Positions 54,551-64,000 of a stretch of DNA of 64,000 nucleotides are shown here, one piece after another (position 1 is the first letter of the stretch; the number at the start of each line of letters is the position of its first letter). The position numbers were made by a program, and so were the translations under genes. Where the stretch lies: the NCBI GenBank assembly GCA_014730115.1, contig WJIU01000009.1, forward strand, positions 4,575-68,574, read 5' to 3'. The notes beneath the pieces were generated by a model that saw only the letters and a program-made list of their open reading frames with translations, searched no databases and had not been told where the DNA came from. This DNA is from Candidatus Micrarchaeota archaeon (lineage in GTDB: Archaea > Micrarchaeota > Micrarchaeia > Anstonellales > Bilamarchaeaceae).

Positions 54551-55770
54551 CCCAGGGCCTCAACCGGGTCCATCTTTGCGGCCCGCCTTGCCGGAAGATA
54601 GCCGGCCAGCAGTCCGGTGCCCACTGAAAAGAGGAATACAAAGGCAATTATCGAAGGAGTGATGAGCACAGGTACGTCAAAAAGGTCCTTCAGCACCTCA
54701 AGAGCAGCATATCCAAGTATCAGACCTATTATTCCGCCGGTGAAACCGATTATTGCACTCTCGGTAAGGAAGAGGAACAGGATATCATTCCCGGTTCCAC
54801 CCATTGATTTCAGTATTCCGATTTCCTTTACTCTTTCCAGGACATTCATGAACATGGTATTGGCTATGCCTATTGCACCCACCAGCGAAGCGATAAGGGT
54901 TATTACTGCCAGCATCAGCTGGGCAGTGAACAGAATTGTTCCGACAATCTCCATTATCTGGTCGGAGGTTATTACGGAAAAGTCAAGGTCGTCCATCTTC
55001 ACCCGGTGGTTGGCGGCAAGCTTGCGCTCTATTGTCTCCTTTATGTTCTCCGGATTGAATCCTTCATCCACCTCTACGAATATAACCCCCACCTCATCTT
55101 CCAGCAGCTGGCCCTCGAAAAGCTCCCTGCCGTCTTCAAAGGGAATGTATATGTTGGCGTCATCAGTGCCCCCCAGGGAAGTGCCTATTTCCTCCTGAAT
55201 GCCGACCACCCGGTAGTTGATTCCGTTTATCTGGATTACGCTTCCCACGTCTACTTTCTTTTTTCTGAACAATTCATTGGCGGCGGCGTAGCCGAAGAAG
55301 GCTACCCTGGTCTCGCCGTTCCGGTAGAGCCTTCCCTCCTGGACCTCGATGTAGTCGCCATAAATCTCAAACATTTCCTTGTCGGTGGGATAAATCATGG
55401 TGGAGATATTATGGTCCTTGTAGGAGAGAGAAACCCTTCCGAAAACGGTGCGCGCAACCCTCTCCACCCCCGGAATGTTCTGAATGTCCTCCACATCCTC
55501 ATCAAACAGTTTTCCGCTGGTCTGGAGCAGGGAAAAGGAGCCTCCGCCAAAGCCCTCACCTGCAGAAGAAATAGGATAAACAAACATCATGTCTGCACCG
55601 AAGGCAGAAAGCTGGTCCCTTATGTCCTGGTTGAATCCCTCGCTGATGGAGAGTATTACCACAATCGCGATTACACCCACCACCATGCCAATGATGGTAA
55701 GCCAGCTGCGCAGGCTCCTGGTGCGGAGGTTTTTGATTGAGTATAGGAATGCTTCCTGGATATTCATCAT
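54541..55770 (-). CDS. ABC transporter permease (MacB/FtsX family)
   Basis: N-terminal TM helix, a large extracytoplasmic domain and a C-terminal FtsX 3-TM bundle with RVKEIGILKSMGGT. Confidence 0.9.
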   Translation of the reverse strand: MMNIQEAFLYSIKNLRTRSLRSWLTIIGMVVGVIAIVVILSISEGFNQDIRDQLSAFGADMMFVYPISSAGEGFGGGSFSLLQTSGKLFDEDVEDIQNIPGVERVARTVFGRVSLSYKDHNISTMIYPTDKEMFEIYGDYIEVQEGRLYRNGETRVAFFGYAAANELFRKKKVDVGSVIQINGINYRVVGIQEEIGTSLGGTDDANIYIPFEDGRELFEGQLLEDEVGVIFVEVDEGFNPENIKETIERKLAANHRVKMDDLDFSVITSDQIMEIVGTILFTAQLMLAVITLIASLVGAIGIANTMFMNVLERVKEIGILKSMGGTGNDILFLFLTESAIIGFTGGIIGLILGYAALEVLKDLFDVPVLITPSIIAFVFLFSVGTGLLAGYLPARRAAKMDPVEALGYE

Positions 55771-56984
55771 TCATACCTCAGTGCTACGATTGGGTCCACC
55801 TTTGCAGCATCAATTGCCGGAAAGGTGCCGGAGATGATTCCTATGAGTATGGAAAACACAATTGCGCCCGCAATGACAAACGGGTCAAACACAAATGTCA
55901 GTTCCAGCAGACTGTCAAGGGCAAGTCCGGCCAGCACTGCTATCAGGAGCCCCATCAAGCCGCCAGTCAGACCTATGATTGCCGACTCCACCAGGAACAG
56001 GTTCCTGATTGTCTCCTGGCTTGCACCCACCGCCTTCATAGTGCCAATTTCCCTTCTTCTTTCCATCACGCTCATGAACATAGTGTTGGAGATTCCTATC
56101 CCCCCCACAATAAGCGATATCGAGGCTATTGCCCCAAGGAAGATGGTGAGCAGGTCAAGGATGCTGCTGAACCGCTCATTGATGAAGGTGGGGGTTATAA
56201 CTCCGAAATCCTTTTCCTCCTCTGTGACCCGGTGGGATGCGAGAAGGATGTCCTCTATCTCCTCCCCGATTGCATCAACGTCGCTTCCTTCCACCAGGGT
56301 AAGATATATCGCAGATATCTCATTTTCCAGAAGGGACCGGTTGAAAAGTTTCCTGGCATCGTCTTTTGGTATGAATACCACATTGTCTATAGGGGCAAAA
56401 GAATTGCCGGTGGGCTTGAGCACGCCCACTACCTTGAACCGTTTCTCGCTCAGATAGACGTTGGAGTGGGTCCTGACTTCCTCGTCGAATCCCTCCGCAA
56501 CGTCCGCCCCCAGACCGGCCACGTTCCTGTCATTTTCCTGCAGGAACCTCCCCTGCTCAATCTCAACCGGAACAGCATCATCGAACACGTCAGCCTCAAT
56601 CCCGAATATGGATACGCTGATGGATTCATCCTTGTAGGTCATCGTTGTCTGCCCAATGATGACCTGGGTAATTGATTTTATTTCCGGTATTTTTTTTACC
56701 CGCTCGAAATCCTTTTCCCAGAGCTTTCCGGTGGTAGGGGAGAACGAAGAGCCGGGGCCGATGCTGGCCCCCCCTCCTTCCGGATTGGTTGGGGTGATAA
56801 TAATAGTGCGCGGGCCAAAGTCCTCCAGCTGCTCCAGCACATCCTCCTTGAATCCCTGCACAATTCCAACCAGGATGATAACCGACGATATGCCCACTAT
56901 TATCCCAAGAACCGTAAGAAAGGAGCGGAGCTTCTGGTGAAGCAGGGAATTCAGAGTGAAGTCAACCATCTCCTTAAGGTTCAT
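55767..56984 (-). CDS. ABC transporter permease (MacB/FtsX family), second paralogue
   Basis: Same architecture, with RRREIGTMKAVGAS. It overlaps its neighbour by 4 nt. Confidence 0.9.
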   Translation of the reverse strand: MNLKEMVDFTLNSLLHQKLRSFLTVLGIIVGISSVIILVGIVQGFKEDVLEQLEDFGPRTIIITPTNPEGGGASIGPGSSFSPTTGKLWEKDFERVKKIPEIKSITQVIIGQTTMTYKDESISVSIFGIEADVFDDAVPVEIEQGRFLQENDRNVAGLGADVAEGFDEEVRTHSNVYLSEKRFKVVGVLKPTGNSFAPIDNVVFIPKDDARKLFNRSLLENEISAIYLTLVEGSDVDAIGEEIEDILLASHRVTEEEKDFGVITPTFINERFSSILDLLTIFLGAIASISLIVGGIGISNTMFMSVMERRREIGTMKAVGASQETIRNLFLVESAIIGLTGGLMGLLIAVLAGLALDSLLELTFVFDPFVIAGAIVFSILIGIISGTFPAIDAAKVDPIVALRYE

Positions 56985-56990
56985 CCACCG

Positions 56991-58463
56991 TCACTTCTTT
57001 GATGGCTTCCTCAGCCTGAAGTACCAGAGCAGCAAAGCTCCAACAACCACTATCGAGCCCGCAACATAGGGAATGGATGAAGATTCCTCCTGGGTTCCGT
57101 TGTAGATGCTTATGTCCTGCTTCAGGGTTTTCTGCTTCCACCCCCCGGACTGGTCACGGTAGTTGACAGTGATATGCGCAGGGTATGTCCCCGGCCCGGT
57201 GGCATTGACCTCCATCTGGAACTGTACGGTAGAGAAGTCGTCCCTCTGCAGCCCCCCTATGTACTGCTGGTCGGAGATGTCTATGCTCTTGAGAGCCGGG
57301 GAGGAAAACTGCACATCCACATTTTCAATATTGAATGAGCCAAGGTTGGACACCAGGACAGATATTGTATGCTCCTGGCCCACAATAAGGGGAAGTGGTT
57401 TTGCCTCCAGGAAAACACCGACATCCGCATCAGAGGTTACAGTTACCGGAACCATTCTGCTGGTGCTTTTCTGCACGTCCCTTTCAATCCATTCAAGCTC
57501 TGCATCAACCAGGTTTACGCCGGCCGGAAGCTCGGTGAACACACTCAGGGAAACCGTGCTGCTTTCCCCGGGACCGATGTCACCGAAATCATACTCTTCC
57601 TTTTCGGTTATCTTAATGCTGCCGTTTGAAAACATCAGGGTGACATCCTCAAGCCGCTCGCTTCCTTCATTGGTAACCTCCAGTGTCAGGGTATCGGTGC
57701 TCCTTGTCCTGATGTCGGAAGCCTGGAGGATTTGAAGGTCAAGCTTCTCGTTTCTGACTGTCATCCTGAGGAACGTTTCATCGATGTGGTGTATGCCAAT
57801 CTCATCCTCATATTCAATCTTGAAGGGAACATCAACCGGCCCGTCCTCCGCATTCCTGGAATCCAGGGAAACCGGCACCACAGTAGAATTTTCCCCAAGG
57901 GAAGAAATAAAAATCTCGTTTCTTCCGTAAAGGGCTATTTCGGAATCCCCGGGGATACGTATCCTCACATTGTTGGCAGTGCCTCCGCTGTTGGATATGT
58001 TCAGGTTTATCTGCTCAATGCCATTCAGTACCTTTTCCTCAGCGGAAAGCCCGAACACGGGGGCATGCACCACTGTAATTGGAAACGAGAGCCTCCGGGT
58101 GAAGACTTCGTAGCCGCCCATCGGCTTGTCCGAGACTCCGCTGATGTCCACCCGCACCGTATATATGGCGCTCTTTGCATCCTTGTCTACCTTGAAAGGC
58201 AGGGATACCGTGGTGGAGCCTCCAGGCTCAAGGTCTCCTATGAAAATCTCTCCGCTGATTGTAATCTGCGGCGGAGAATCCACCTCCATATTTACGCCGG
58301 TTATGGCCTTGGTGGCAGCCTCCGTGTTTGCAACCACCAGGGTTACTACCCCGTTGGTCCCGGGCTTGAAACTTTCCTGGGAAACGCTTGTGCTGGTTAC
58401 TGAAAGCCCGGCAAAAGAGGCGCTAAACAGTACCAGCAATAACAATACATGCTTCATATTCAT
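56991..58463 (-). CDS. Surface protein with repeated beta-sandwich (CARDB/S-layer-like) modules and a C-terminal membrane anchor
   Basis: Signal peptide and repeated segments such as TLVVANTEAA / NLNISNSGGTA / TLEVTNEGSE / SVLVSNLGSF. The C-terminal TM helix is followed by RLRKPSKK. Confidence 0.7.
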   Translation of the reverse strand: MNMKHVLLLLVLFSASFAGLSVTSTSVSQESFKPGTNGVVTLVVANTEAATKAITGVNMEVDSPPQITISGEIFIGDLEPGGSTTVSLPFKVDKDAKSAIYTVRVDISGVSDKPMGGYEVFTRRLSFPITVVHAPVFGLSAEEKVLNGIEQINLNISNSGGTANNVRIRIPGDSEIALYGRNEIFISSLGENSTVVPVSLDSRNAEDGPVDVPFKIEYEDEIGIHHIDETFLRMTVRNEKLDLQILQASDIRTRSTDTLTLEVTNEGSERLEDVTLMFSNGSIKITEKEEYDFGDIGPGESSTVSLSVFTELPAGVNLVDAELEWIERDVQKSTSRMVPVTVTSDADVGVFLEAKPLPLIVGQEHTISVLVSNLGSFNIENVDVQFSSPALKSIDISDQQYIGGLQRDDFSTVQFQMEVNATGPGTYPAHITVNYRDQSGGWKQKTLKQDISIYNGTQEESSSIPYVAGSIVVVGALLLWYFRLRKPSKK

Positions 58464-59161
58464 ACCAACACCTTGTGATTCTTTCCATCAACTATCTTTC
58501 CGTCCATCAGCCGCACCATCTTGTCGGTGACCTTGGCGATGTATTCATCATGGGTGATTATTACTATTGTTGTTCCTTCATTGTGGAGCTCTTCCAGAAC
58601 ATCCAAAACATCATGTCCGGTTTTGGAGTCAAGGTTTCCGGTCGGCTCATCGGCAAGAATAACCTCCGGCTCATTAACCAGTGCCCTTGCAATTGCCACC
58701 CTCTGCCTCTGGCCTCCGGAAAGCTGGCTGGGCCGGTGGTCAAGCCTTTCCCCCAGCCCGACCCTTTCCAGAAGTTCCTTTGCCTTTCCCCTCCTGTCCT
58801 TGCAGTGCTGCTGGCAAAGCATAAGGGGAAGCATTACGTTCTCAAGGGCGGTAAGGGAAGGAATCAGGTTAAAGGTCTGGAATATAAACCCTATCTTGTT
58901 TCCCCTTATCCTGGCCTCCTCATCCGGGGAAAATCCGCTGGTATCCTTTCCGTCAATGTACCGCTTGCCTGAAGTGGGAGAATCCAGAAGCCCGAGGATG
59001 TGAAGCAGGGTGGACTTTCCGGAGCCGCTGGGTCCCAGGATGGTGATGAAATCACTCTCGTTGATAGTGAGGTTCACCCCCCGGAGTGCCCGGACTTCGA
59101 TTCCTTCCCCCATATGGTAAACCTTTTCGATGTCCTTGAGCTTCAGAACTTCTTTTTTCAT
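58460..59161 (-). CDS. ABC transporter ATP-binding protein (MacB/LolD-like)
   Basis: Walker A GPSGSGKST, signature LSGGQRQRVAIARAL and Walker B ILADEPTGNLD. Confidence 0.95.
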   Translation of the reverse strand: MKKEVLKLKDIEKVYHMGEGIEVRALRGVNLTINESDFITILGPSGSGKSTLLHILGLLDSPTSGKRYIDGKDTSGFSPDEEARIRGNKIGFIFQTFNLIPSLTALENVMLPLMLCQQHCKDRRGKAKELLERVGLGERLDHRPSQLSGGQRQRVAIARALVNEPEVILADEPTGNLDSKTGHDVLDVLEELHNEGTTIVIITHDEYIAKVTDKMVRLMDGKIVDGKNHKVLV

Positions 59162-59514
59162 TTCAGCAAGTCCTCCGCATATTCCGTCATAAGCCTGCTT
59201 TTCTTGAAATGTTCCTTGGCTTTTGCAAGCACCTTTCTTCCCTTCGGGGTGATGCCGTATATCTTTCTGGCCCTTTTTCCCTGCATGGTCTTTTTGTGGG
59301 TGATGAGCCCTTTCTTCTCCAAGCCTTTTAAAATAGGGTATATCCTGCTGGCCGGAAGCCTGAGAATGGAGTGGTCTTCCTCCAGTGTCTTGATGATTTC
59401 GTACCCGTGCTGAGGCTTCCTGGAAATCATCCAGAGAAGGAAAATTGCAAGTTTTTCCTTGCCTATCCTTTTTTCCAGGTTTTTTCCAGAAAATGACTTT
59501 CCGTCGAGTATCAT
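59158..59514 (-). CDS. PadR-family transcriptional regulator
   Basis: HGYEIIKTLEE...RIYPILKGLEKKGLITHKK...RKIYGITPKGRKVL. It is the first gene of the ABC operon. Confidence 0.85.
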   Translation of the reverse strand: MILDGKSFSGKNLEKRIGKEKLAIFLLWMISRKPQHGYEIIKTLEEDHSILRLPASRIYPILKGLEKKGLITHKKTMQGKRARKIYGITPKGRKVLAKAKEHFKKSRLMTEYAEDLLK

Positions 59515-59606
59515 GGAGCCGATATATCTAAATACGGATATGTATTTAAACCAATATGTTTCGGCAAACCTGAATCGTTTTAATGGGTTTCCTATCCATC
59601 ATCCCC

Positions 59607-60857
59607 ATGGCTGATTATGAAGTTAAAGACACCGGACTGGCAGAACAGGGAAAGCTGAATATTGAGTATGCAGAAAGAAACATGCCCATCATGGAAAAGA
59701 TAAAGAAGCGGTTTGCAGGGGAGCAGCCTTTCAAGGGCCTCACCATAGGGCTGGCCCTCCATGTGACCAAGGAAACCGCAGTTCTGGTACGAACCCTTAT
59801 TGCCGGGGGGGCAGGCGTTGCAATAGCAAGCTGTAATCCGCTATCCACCCAGGACGATGTAGCCGCCGCGCTTGCCGGGGATGATGTTCATGTGTATGCC
59901 AAGAAGGGCGAAACCCGGGAGGAATATTACCAGTACATTGAGAAAGTAATCGGCCACGGGCCTGACATCACCATAGATGACGGGTGCGACCTGGTCACTG
60001 CCCTGCACACTAAGCACAAGGACAGGCTGAACAGGGTAATAGGGGGGTGCGAGGAAACGACCACCGGGGTAATCAGGCTCCATGCAATGGAAAAGGACGG
60101 TGTTCTCAAAGTGCCGATGATAGCAGTGAACGACAACAAGACCAAGCACCTCCTTGACAATTATTACGGCACAGGCCAGTCAACCATTGACGGCGTCCTG
60201 AGGGCCACCAACGTCCTGCTTGCCGGAAAGAACTTTGTGGTGTGCGGCTACGGCGACTGCGGGAAGGGCCTGTCCCTGCGCGCAGAGGGAATGGGGGCCA
60301 ATGTAATAGTCACCGAAGTGGATGCCTTCCGGGCAATGAAGGCAAGGCTGGACGGCTACCGGGTAATGCCCATTGCAGAAGCAGCAAAATCAGGGGACAT
60401 TTTCGTAACGGTCACCGGAGACAAGCATGTGATTACCACTGACCACATAAAAACAATGAAGCCAGGCGTAATCCTGGCAAACGCCGGTCATTTCGACAAT
60501 GAAGTTGATGTGGAAGGCATGGACAGGTTATGGAAGAAAAGAAGGATTAGGACATCGCTTGAGGAATATAATGTAGAAGGGAAAGCAGTCTACCTGTGTG
60601 CCGAAGGGCGGCTGGTTAATCTTGCTGCCGCGGAAGGGCATCCTTCCGAGGTTATGGCAACATCATTTGCCGGGCAGGCCCTGGCATGCGAATACCTGGT
60701 AAAGAACAGGAACCGGCTCAAGCCCGGGGTGCTTACCCTGCCGGGGGAAATTGACAAACACATTGCCGAGCTCCAGCTGGAAGCCATGGGCGTGGAAAAG
60801 GACACGCTCACCACTGAGCAGAAGAAATACCTGGAAAGCTGGGAAGAAGGCACATGA
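59607..60857 (+). CDS. ahcY: Adenosylhomocysteinase
   Basis: YEVKDTGLAEQGKLNIEYAERNMPIM, the NAD site VCGYGDCGKG and HFDNE. Confidence 0.95.
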   Translation: MADYEVKDTGLAEQGKLNIEYAERNMPIMEKIKKRFAGEQPFKGLTIGLALHVTKETAVLVRTLIAGGAGVAIASCNPLSTQDDVAAALAGDDVHVYAKKGETREEYYQYIEKVIGHGPDITIDDGCDLVTALHTKHKDRLNRVIGGCEETTTGVIRLHAMEKDGVLKVPMIAVNDNKTKHLLDNYYGTGQSTIDGVLRATNVLLAGKNFVVCGYGDCGKGLSLRAEGMGANVIVTEVDAFRAMKARLDGYRVMPIAEAAKSGDIFVTVTGDKHVITTDHIKTMKPGVILANAGHFDNEVDVEGMDRLWKKRRIRTSLEEYNVEGKAVYLCAEGRLVNLAAAEGHPSEVMATSFAGQALACEYLVKNRNRLKPGVLTLPGEIDKHIAELQLEAMGVEKDTLTTEQKKYLESWEEGT

Positions 60858-60886
60858 ATATAAATACATCCCCCTCTTAATTTTTC

Positions 60887-61300
60887 ATGGGTTCTGAAAA
60901 AGAATACGAACAGCTACTGGACAATATATACTCCAGCCTGCCCAAGAAGGCAGAAACAACAGAAAGATTTGAGATGCCCCAATTTTCTTATTTCACAGAA
61001 GGGAACAAAACAATCATAAAGAATTTCAGGGCAGTAGCCGAAAAAATCAGAAGGGAGCCTGCCTTTCTTTCAAAATATCTCTCCAAGGAACTGGCAGTGC
61101 CCGCCGAGCAGCAGGGGGAGAGGCTGGTGCTGCAGAGAAAGCTGAGCGGAGGCATATTGAACAAAAAACTGGAAGAGTTCATAAACAAATACGTGATTTG
61201 CAAGCAGTGCAATCGTCCGGACACCCACATAGAGGAAGCTGGCAACCGCCTGCAGATGCTTGTCTGCGAAAGCTGCGGTGCAAGTGCGCCCATAAGGTGA
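60887..61300 (+). CDS. Translation initiation factor aIF-2 beta
   Basis: YEQLLDNIYSSLP...RFEMPQ...NKYVICKQCNRPDTHI...CESCGA zinc ribbon. Confidence 0.9.
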   Translation: MGSEKEYEQLLDNIYSSLPKKAETTERFEMPQFSYFTEGNKTIIKNFRAVAEKIRREPAFLSKYLSKELAVPAEQQGERLVLQRKLSGGILNKKLEEFINKYVICKQCNRPDTHIEEAGNRLQMLVCESCGASAPIR

Positions 61301-61304
61301 TTTC

Positions 61305-61667
61305 TTGGGAGGAAGAAAACCACGCGGCAGGGGCCGCAGCAGAGGAAAGGGAAAGAAAAAAGGTGCCAGGCCCCAGCTCAGCAAGGAAGAGGAAAGACGG
61401 CGCATTCGGATGCCCAGGGAAAGCGAAGGGGAAGTTCTCGGCGTGGTTCTGGGCCTGATGGGCGGTTCCAGGATGAAGGTTGCCTGCAAGGACGGCAAGG
61501 AAAGGATGTGCCGTATTCCCGGAAAGCTCAGGAATAGGGTCTGGGTCCGCGAAGGAGATGTCGTCATAGTAAGAAAATGGGAAATAGAGGGCGACAAGAA
61601 AGGTGACGTGATCTGGAGGTACTGGCCGCTCCAGGCAAGGATTCTCAAGGAAGAGGGCCATATCTGA
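61305..61667 (+). CDS. Translation initiation factor aIF-1A
   Basis: The S1-like core EGEVLGVVLGLMGGSRMKVACKDGKERMCRIPGKLRNRVWVREGDVVIV. TTG start at 61305 after GGTGA; the first ATG is at 61410. Confidence 0.85.
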   Translation: MGGRKPRGRGRSRGKGKKKGARPQLSKEEERRRIRMPRESEGEVLGVVLGLMGGSRMKVACKDGKERMCRIPGKLRNRVWVREGDVVIVRKWEIEGDKKGDVIWRYWPLQARILKEEGHI

Positions 61668-61688
61668 TTTTAATCAAAGGTAGCTTTC

Positions 61689-62435
61689 ATGGCCAGAAAG
61701 GTCTCCAAGAGAAAACGACCCGAAAAGGAGAAGCACCAGCTGAAGGAGCGTTTCAAGATAGAAAGCGAGGTATTTGACCGGCAGAGCCTTCTCCTGCTTT
61801 ACCGGCTGCTGAAAAAGAGAATAATATCATCTGTAGACTACTGCGTGTCGACCGGAAAGGAGGCAAACGTATTCAGGGCAACTGCCCCAAGCGGAAAGTT
61901 TGTCGCCATCAAGATATACAAAATTGAGACTACCCATTTTCTTAAAAGGCAGCAGTACCTTACCGGGGACCCCCGCTTCGAAAAAATCAAGCCCTCAGGA
62001 AAAGAAATAGTCAAGGCATTTGCCAGGAAGGAGTACAAGAATCTTGAGATATGTGAAAGGGCGGGGGTGCACGCCCCAATGCCGTACTACCTTCTGGAAA
62101 ACATCCTAGTAATGGAGTTCCTGGGGGTGGGGGAGCTGCCCTTCCCCACCATGGACATGGTAGGGCCGCTGCACGGAGAGAAAGACCTTGATTCAATACT
62201 GGATGACATAAGGAAAATGTATCAGGCGAACCTCGTGCATGCAGACGTCAGCGAATACAATATTATGATAGGGGACATCCCCTATTTCATAGACTGGGGA
62301 CAGGGCGTCGTCAAGGGCCATCCCAATGCAGAGAAATTCCTGGAAAGGGATGTTTCCATCATTCTGGATTTTTTTGAAAAGCACGGGATTAAAAGAAGTC
62401 TCCGGAAGGCACTGAAAGCAATACGGGGGGGTTGA
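61689..62435 (+). CDS. RIO-type serine protein kinase
   Basis: STGKEANVFRA, AIKIYK and LVHADVSEYNIM (RIO catalytic loop). Confidence 0.9.
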   Translation: MARKVSKRKRPEKEKHQLKERFKIESEVFDRQSLLLLYRLLKKRIISSVDYCVSTGKEANVFRATAPSGKFVAIKIYKIETTHFLKRQQYLTGDPRFEKIKPSGKEIVKAFARKEYKNLEICERAGVHAPMPYYLLENILVMEFLGVGELPFPTMDMVGPLHGEKDLDSILDDIRKMYQANLVHADVSEYNIMIGDIPYFIDWGQGVVKGHPNAEKFLERDVSIILDFFEKHGIKRSLRKALKAIRGG

Positions 62436-62747
62436 ATGGGCATTTTTTATGACCGCACAGAAACCGAAGACCGGATTACAATAGTATACAAAAACATGAT
62501 TCTGTACTACATTGTGTTCTTCGGCCTGGTTTTTCTGGCCCTGGCAGGACTTATCTTCACCTACCTGAATCCCGGAATCGGCTGCTTCCTGATACCCTTT
62601 GTTGTACTCCCCCTGCTTGTTTTCCATTCCTATATGAGCAGCATAAATTCGGAGATAAACAAGGCGATGAAGGCAGGAAAAACCAATGTTTCCGGAAGCA
62701 GGTTCTCAGCCGAGGACCCCCTTACTTTCATAATAGAAAAACAATAG
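62436..62747 (+). CDS. Small membrane protein, unknown function
   Basis: 103 aa with two hydrophobic helices. The ATG abuts the rio stop. Confidence 0.45.
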   Translation: MGIFYDRTETEDRITIVYKNMILYYIVFFGLVFLALAGLIFTYLNPGIGCFLIPFVVLPLLVFHSYMSSINSEINKAMKAGKTNVSGSRFSAEDPLTFIIEKQ

Positions 62748-64000
62748 CTACATCCTTTCCGGGCATTCCAGCCCCATCAGGTTCAGGGTATTCCTAAGCA
62801 CAATGCTGGTGGCCCTGGTGATTGCAAGGCGGGTCTTCCTTACTGATTCGCTTTCTGCCCCCAGCACCGGGGAGGTGGTGTAGAACCTGCTGAAATCTGT
62901 GGATATGTCCAGTGCATACTGGGCAAGATGGTGTGGGGCAAGCTCACGGCCGCACCTGGCAGAAACTTCGGAAATCTGGGTAAGCCGTTTCAAGAGCTGC
63001 TTTTCCTCTTGACTGAATTCAATTGCTTCTGCGGCGGGAGTCTCCTCGGATTTCCTGAGAATGCCCTTGGTTCTTACATAGGCATACTGAAGGTAGGGGC
63101 CGGAATCGCCTTCCATGTTAAGGGCCTCCTCCCATTTGAAAGTAATGCGCTTTTCGGAGCTGGTCCGCAGAAATGAAAACTTGATTGCCCCTGCCCCCAC
63201 CACCTTGGAAATCTCCTGCCTCTCTTTTTCCGGAACATCGAGCTTAATCCTTTCCAAGACCTTTTCCCTGGCCTCTTCCAGAAGGTCGTCTGCAGTGTAT
63301 CCAACCCAGGTTCCCCTTCTCCCCGAAAATTTGCCTTCGGGAAGAGCCACGTGCTCGTAGGAAAGATGGTGTAGTTTTTCTGCCTCTTCGGCAAAATCAA
63401 GCTTGTTGAGAACCTGCACAATCACCTTTTGGGGGTACTTCTGCTCCACTCCGATAACGTTCACTGCCCGGTCGCTGCCCCCAAACTCCATGTCCTCCCC
63501 TTCCGGAGAGGTCATGTATGCAGTACTGTCGCCAGGCTGGTCGATAAACGGACTGTACCTGAACTTATCCTGGAGTTTTCCAAATTTCCAGAGATGGAAT
63601 ATCACATCCTTGCCGGTATAAACCGCAGTCCCGTCGCTCCGGATGAGAACCTTGTCGGGGTTCTCCATCTTCCCGAATTCAGAATCAGGAGGGAACCTCA
63701 CCGCCCAACATCCTGCATTCTTTCCTTCGGTCTCATGGAACACTGCATCCGACTGCTTGAGCAGCTCCACCCCATCTTCGAACAGGGTGCGCATTATATC
63801 GCTCTCAAAGACCAGAACATCGTGGTAGATTCCAAAGTCAAATGCGGTCTGGTACTGGGCCTTGACGCACTTCTCGGCCATGTCCCTGGCAGCAGCGGCT
63901 ATCTGGTTGTCTCCCTCCTCCATTGCCTGGAGGGTGTCCCTGACCCCCTTCACCACTTCCTTTTCCTCCTCAAAACGCTTTGCAATGCCAACGTACTGTT
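62748..64000 (-). CDS. argS: Arginyl-tRNA synthetase, C-terminal part (5' end beyond the window)
   Basis: The frame stays open to the window edge; the track M at 63956 is an internal GTG. Anticodon-binding DALR-type C-terminus ending ...NLMGLECPERM. Confidence 0.9.
   Translation of the reverse strand, partial: QYVGIAKRFEEEKEVVKGVRDTLQAMEEGDNQIAAAARDMAEKCVKAQYQTAFDFGIYHDVLVFESDIMRTLFEDGVELLKQSDAVFHETEGKNAGCWAVRFPPDSEFGKMENPDKVLIRSDGTAVYTGKDVIFHLWKFGKLQDKFRYSPFIDQPGDSTAYMTSPEGEDMEFGGSDRAVNVIGVEQKYPQKVIVQVLNKLDFAEEAEKLHHLSYEHVALPEGKFSGRRGTWVGYTADDLLEEAREKVLERIKLDVPEKERQEISKVVGAGAIKFSFLRTSSEKRITFKWEEALNMEGDSGPYLQYAYVRTKGILRKSEETPAAEAIEFSQEEKQLLKRLTQISEVSARCGRELAPHHLAQYALDISTDFSRFYTTSPVLGAESESVRKTRLAITRATSIVLRNTLNLMGLECPERM

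Noticed and set aside
55737-56675. A 312-aa plus-strand ORF, plus 210- and 244-aa neighbours.
   Set aside because: They are antisense to the two FtsX permease genes and have His/Cys/Pro-rich, non-protein-like composition.

Overview
The window looks like a gene-dense archaeal chromosome segment. Archaeal markers are TFB, topoisomerase VI A/B, aIF-2beta, aIF-1A, a RIO kinase, an intron-containing tRNA-Asn, and TATA-like boxes about 20-30 nt before start codons. Many genes overlap by 1-40 nt.

I support about 70 CDS:
- Housekeeping: purB, pgk, topA, ahcY, argS (partial), pcm, sod, a DEAD-box helicase, UDG and a KH protein.
- Metal homeostasis: feoABC, a DtxR-like repressor, CbiM and a CorA-like transporter.
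- Transport: a PadR-controlled MacB-type ABC transporter with a surface protein.

Four regions stand out:
1. A 7.3-kb minus-strand pair at 32050-39400. It encodes a 1575-aa orphan protein (signal/anchor, small ectodomain, one TM helix, about 1300-aa cytosolic region, C-terminal zinc ribbon) and an 859-aa cysteine-rich secreted protein with a lytic-transglycosylase-like ES...GLMQ core. A palindrome-bearing divergent promoter, a P-loop/wHTH ATPase and a membrane-anchored HKD nuclease sit alongside. No known system explains this region, and it is my best candidate for something new.
2. A small accessory islet downstream of tRNA-Asn carrying Fic and HicB plus a frameshifted HicA. It is punctuated by about 78-bp repeats whose ends mimic the tRNA 3' end.
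3. A DUF5320 / NifX-like / two MinD-ferredoxin ATPases / TsaA (frameshifted) cluster with a nearby DUF134 regulator. Two adjacent proteins carry matching RGG/GFG tails.
4. A roughly 250-nt non-coding stretch at 28600-28855 with long-range helices and a promoter and terminator. It is probably an unclassified structured RNA.

All calls rest on reading motifs by eye. No database search or computation was run.
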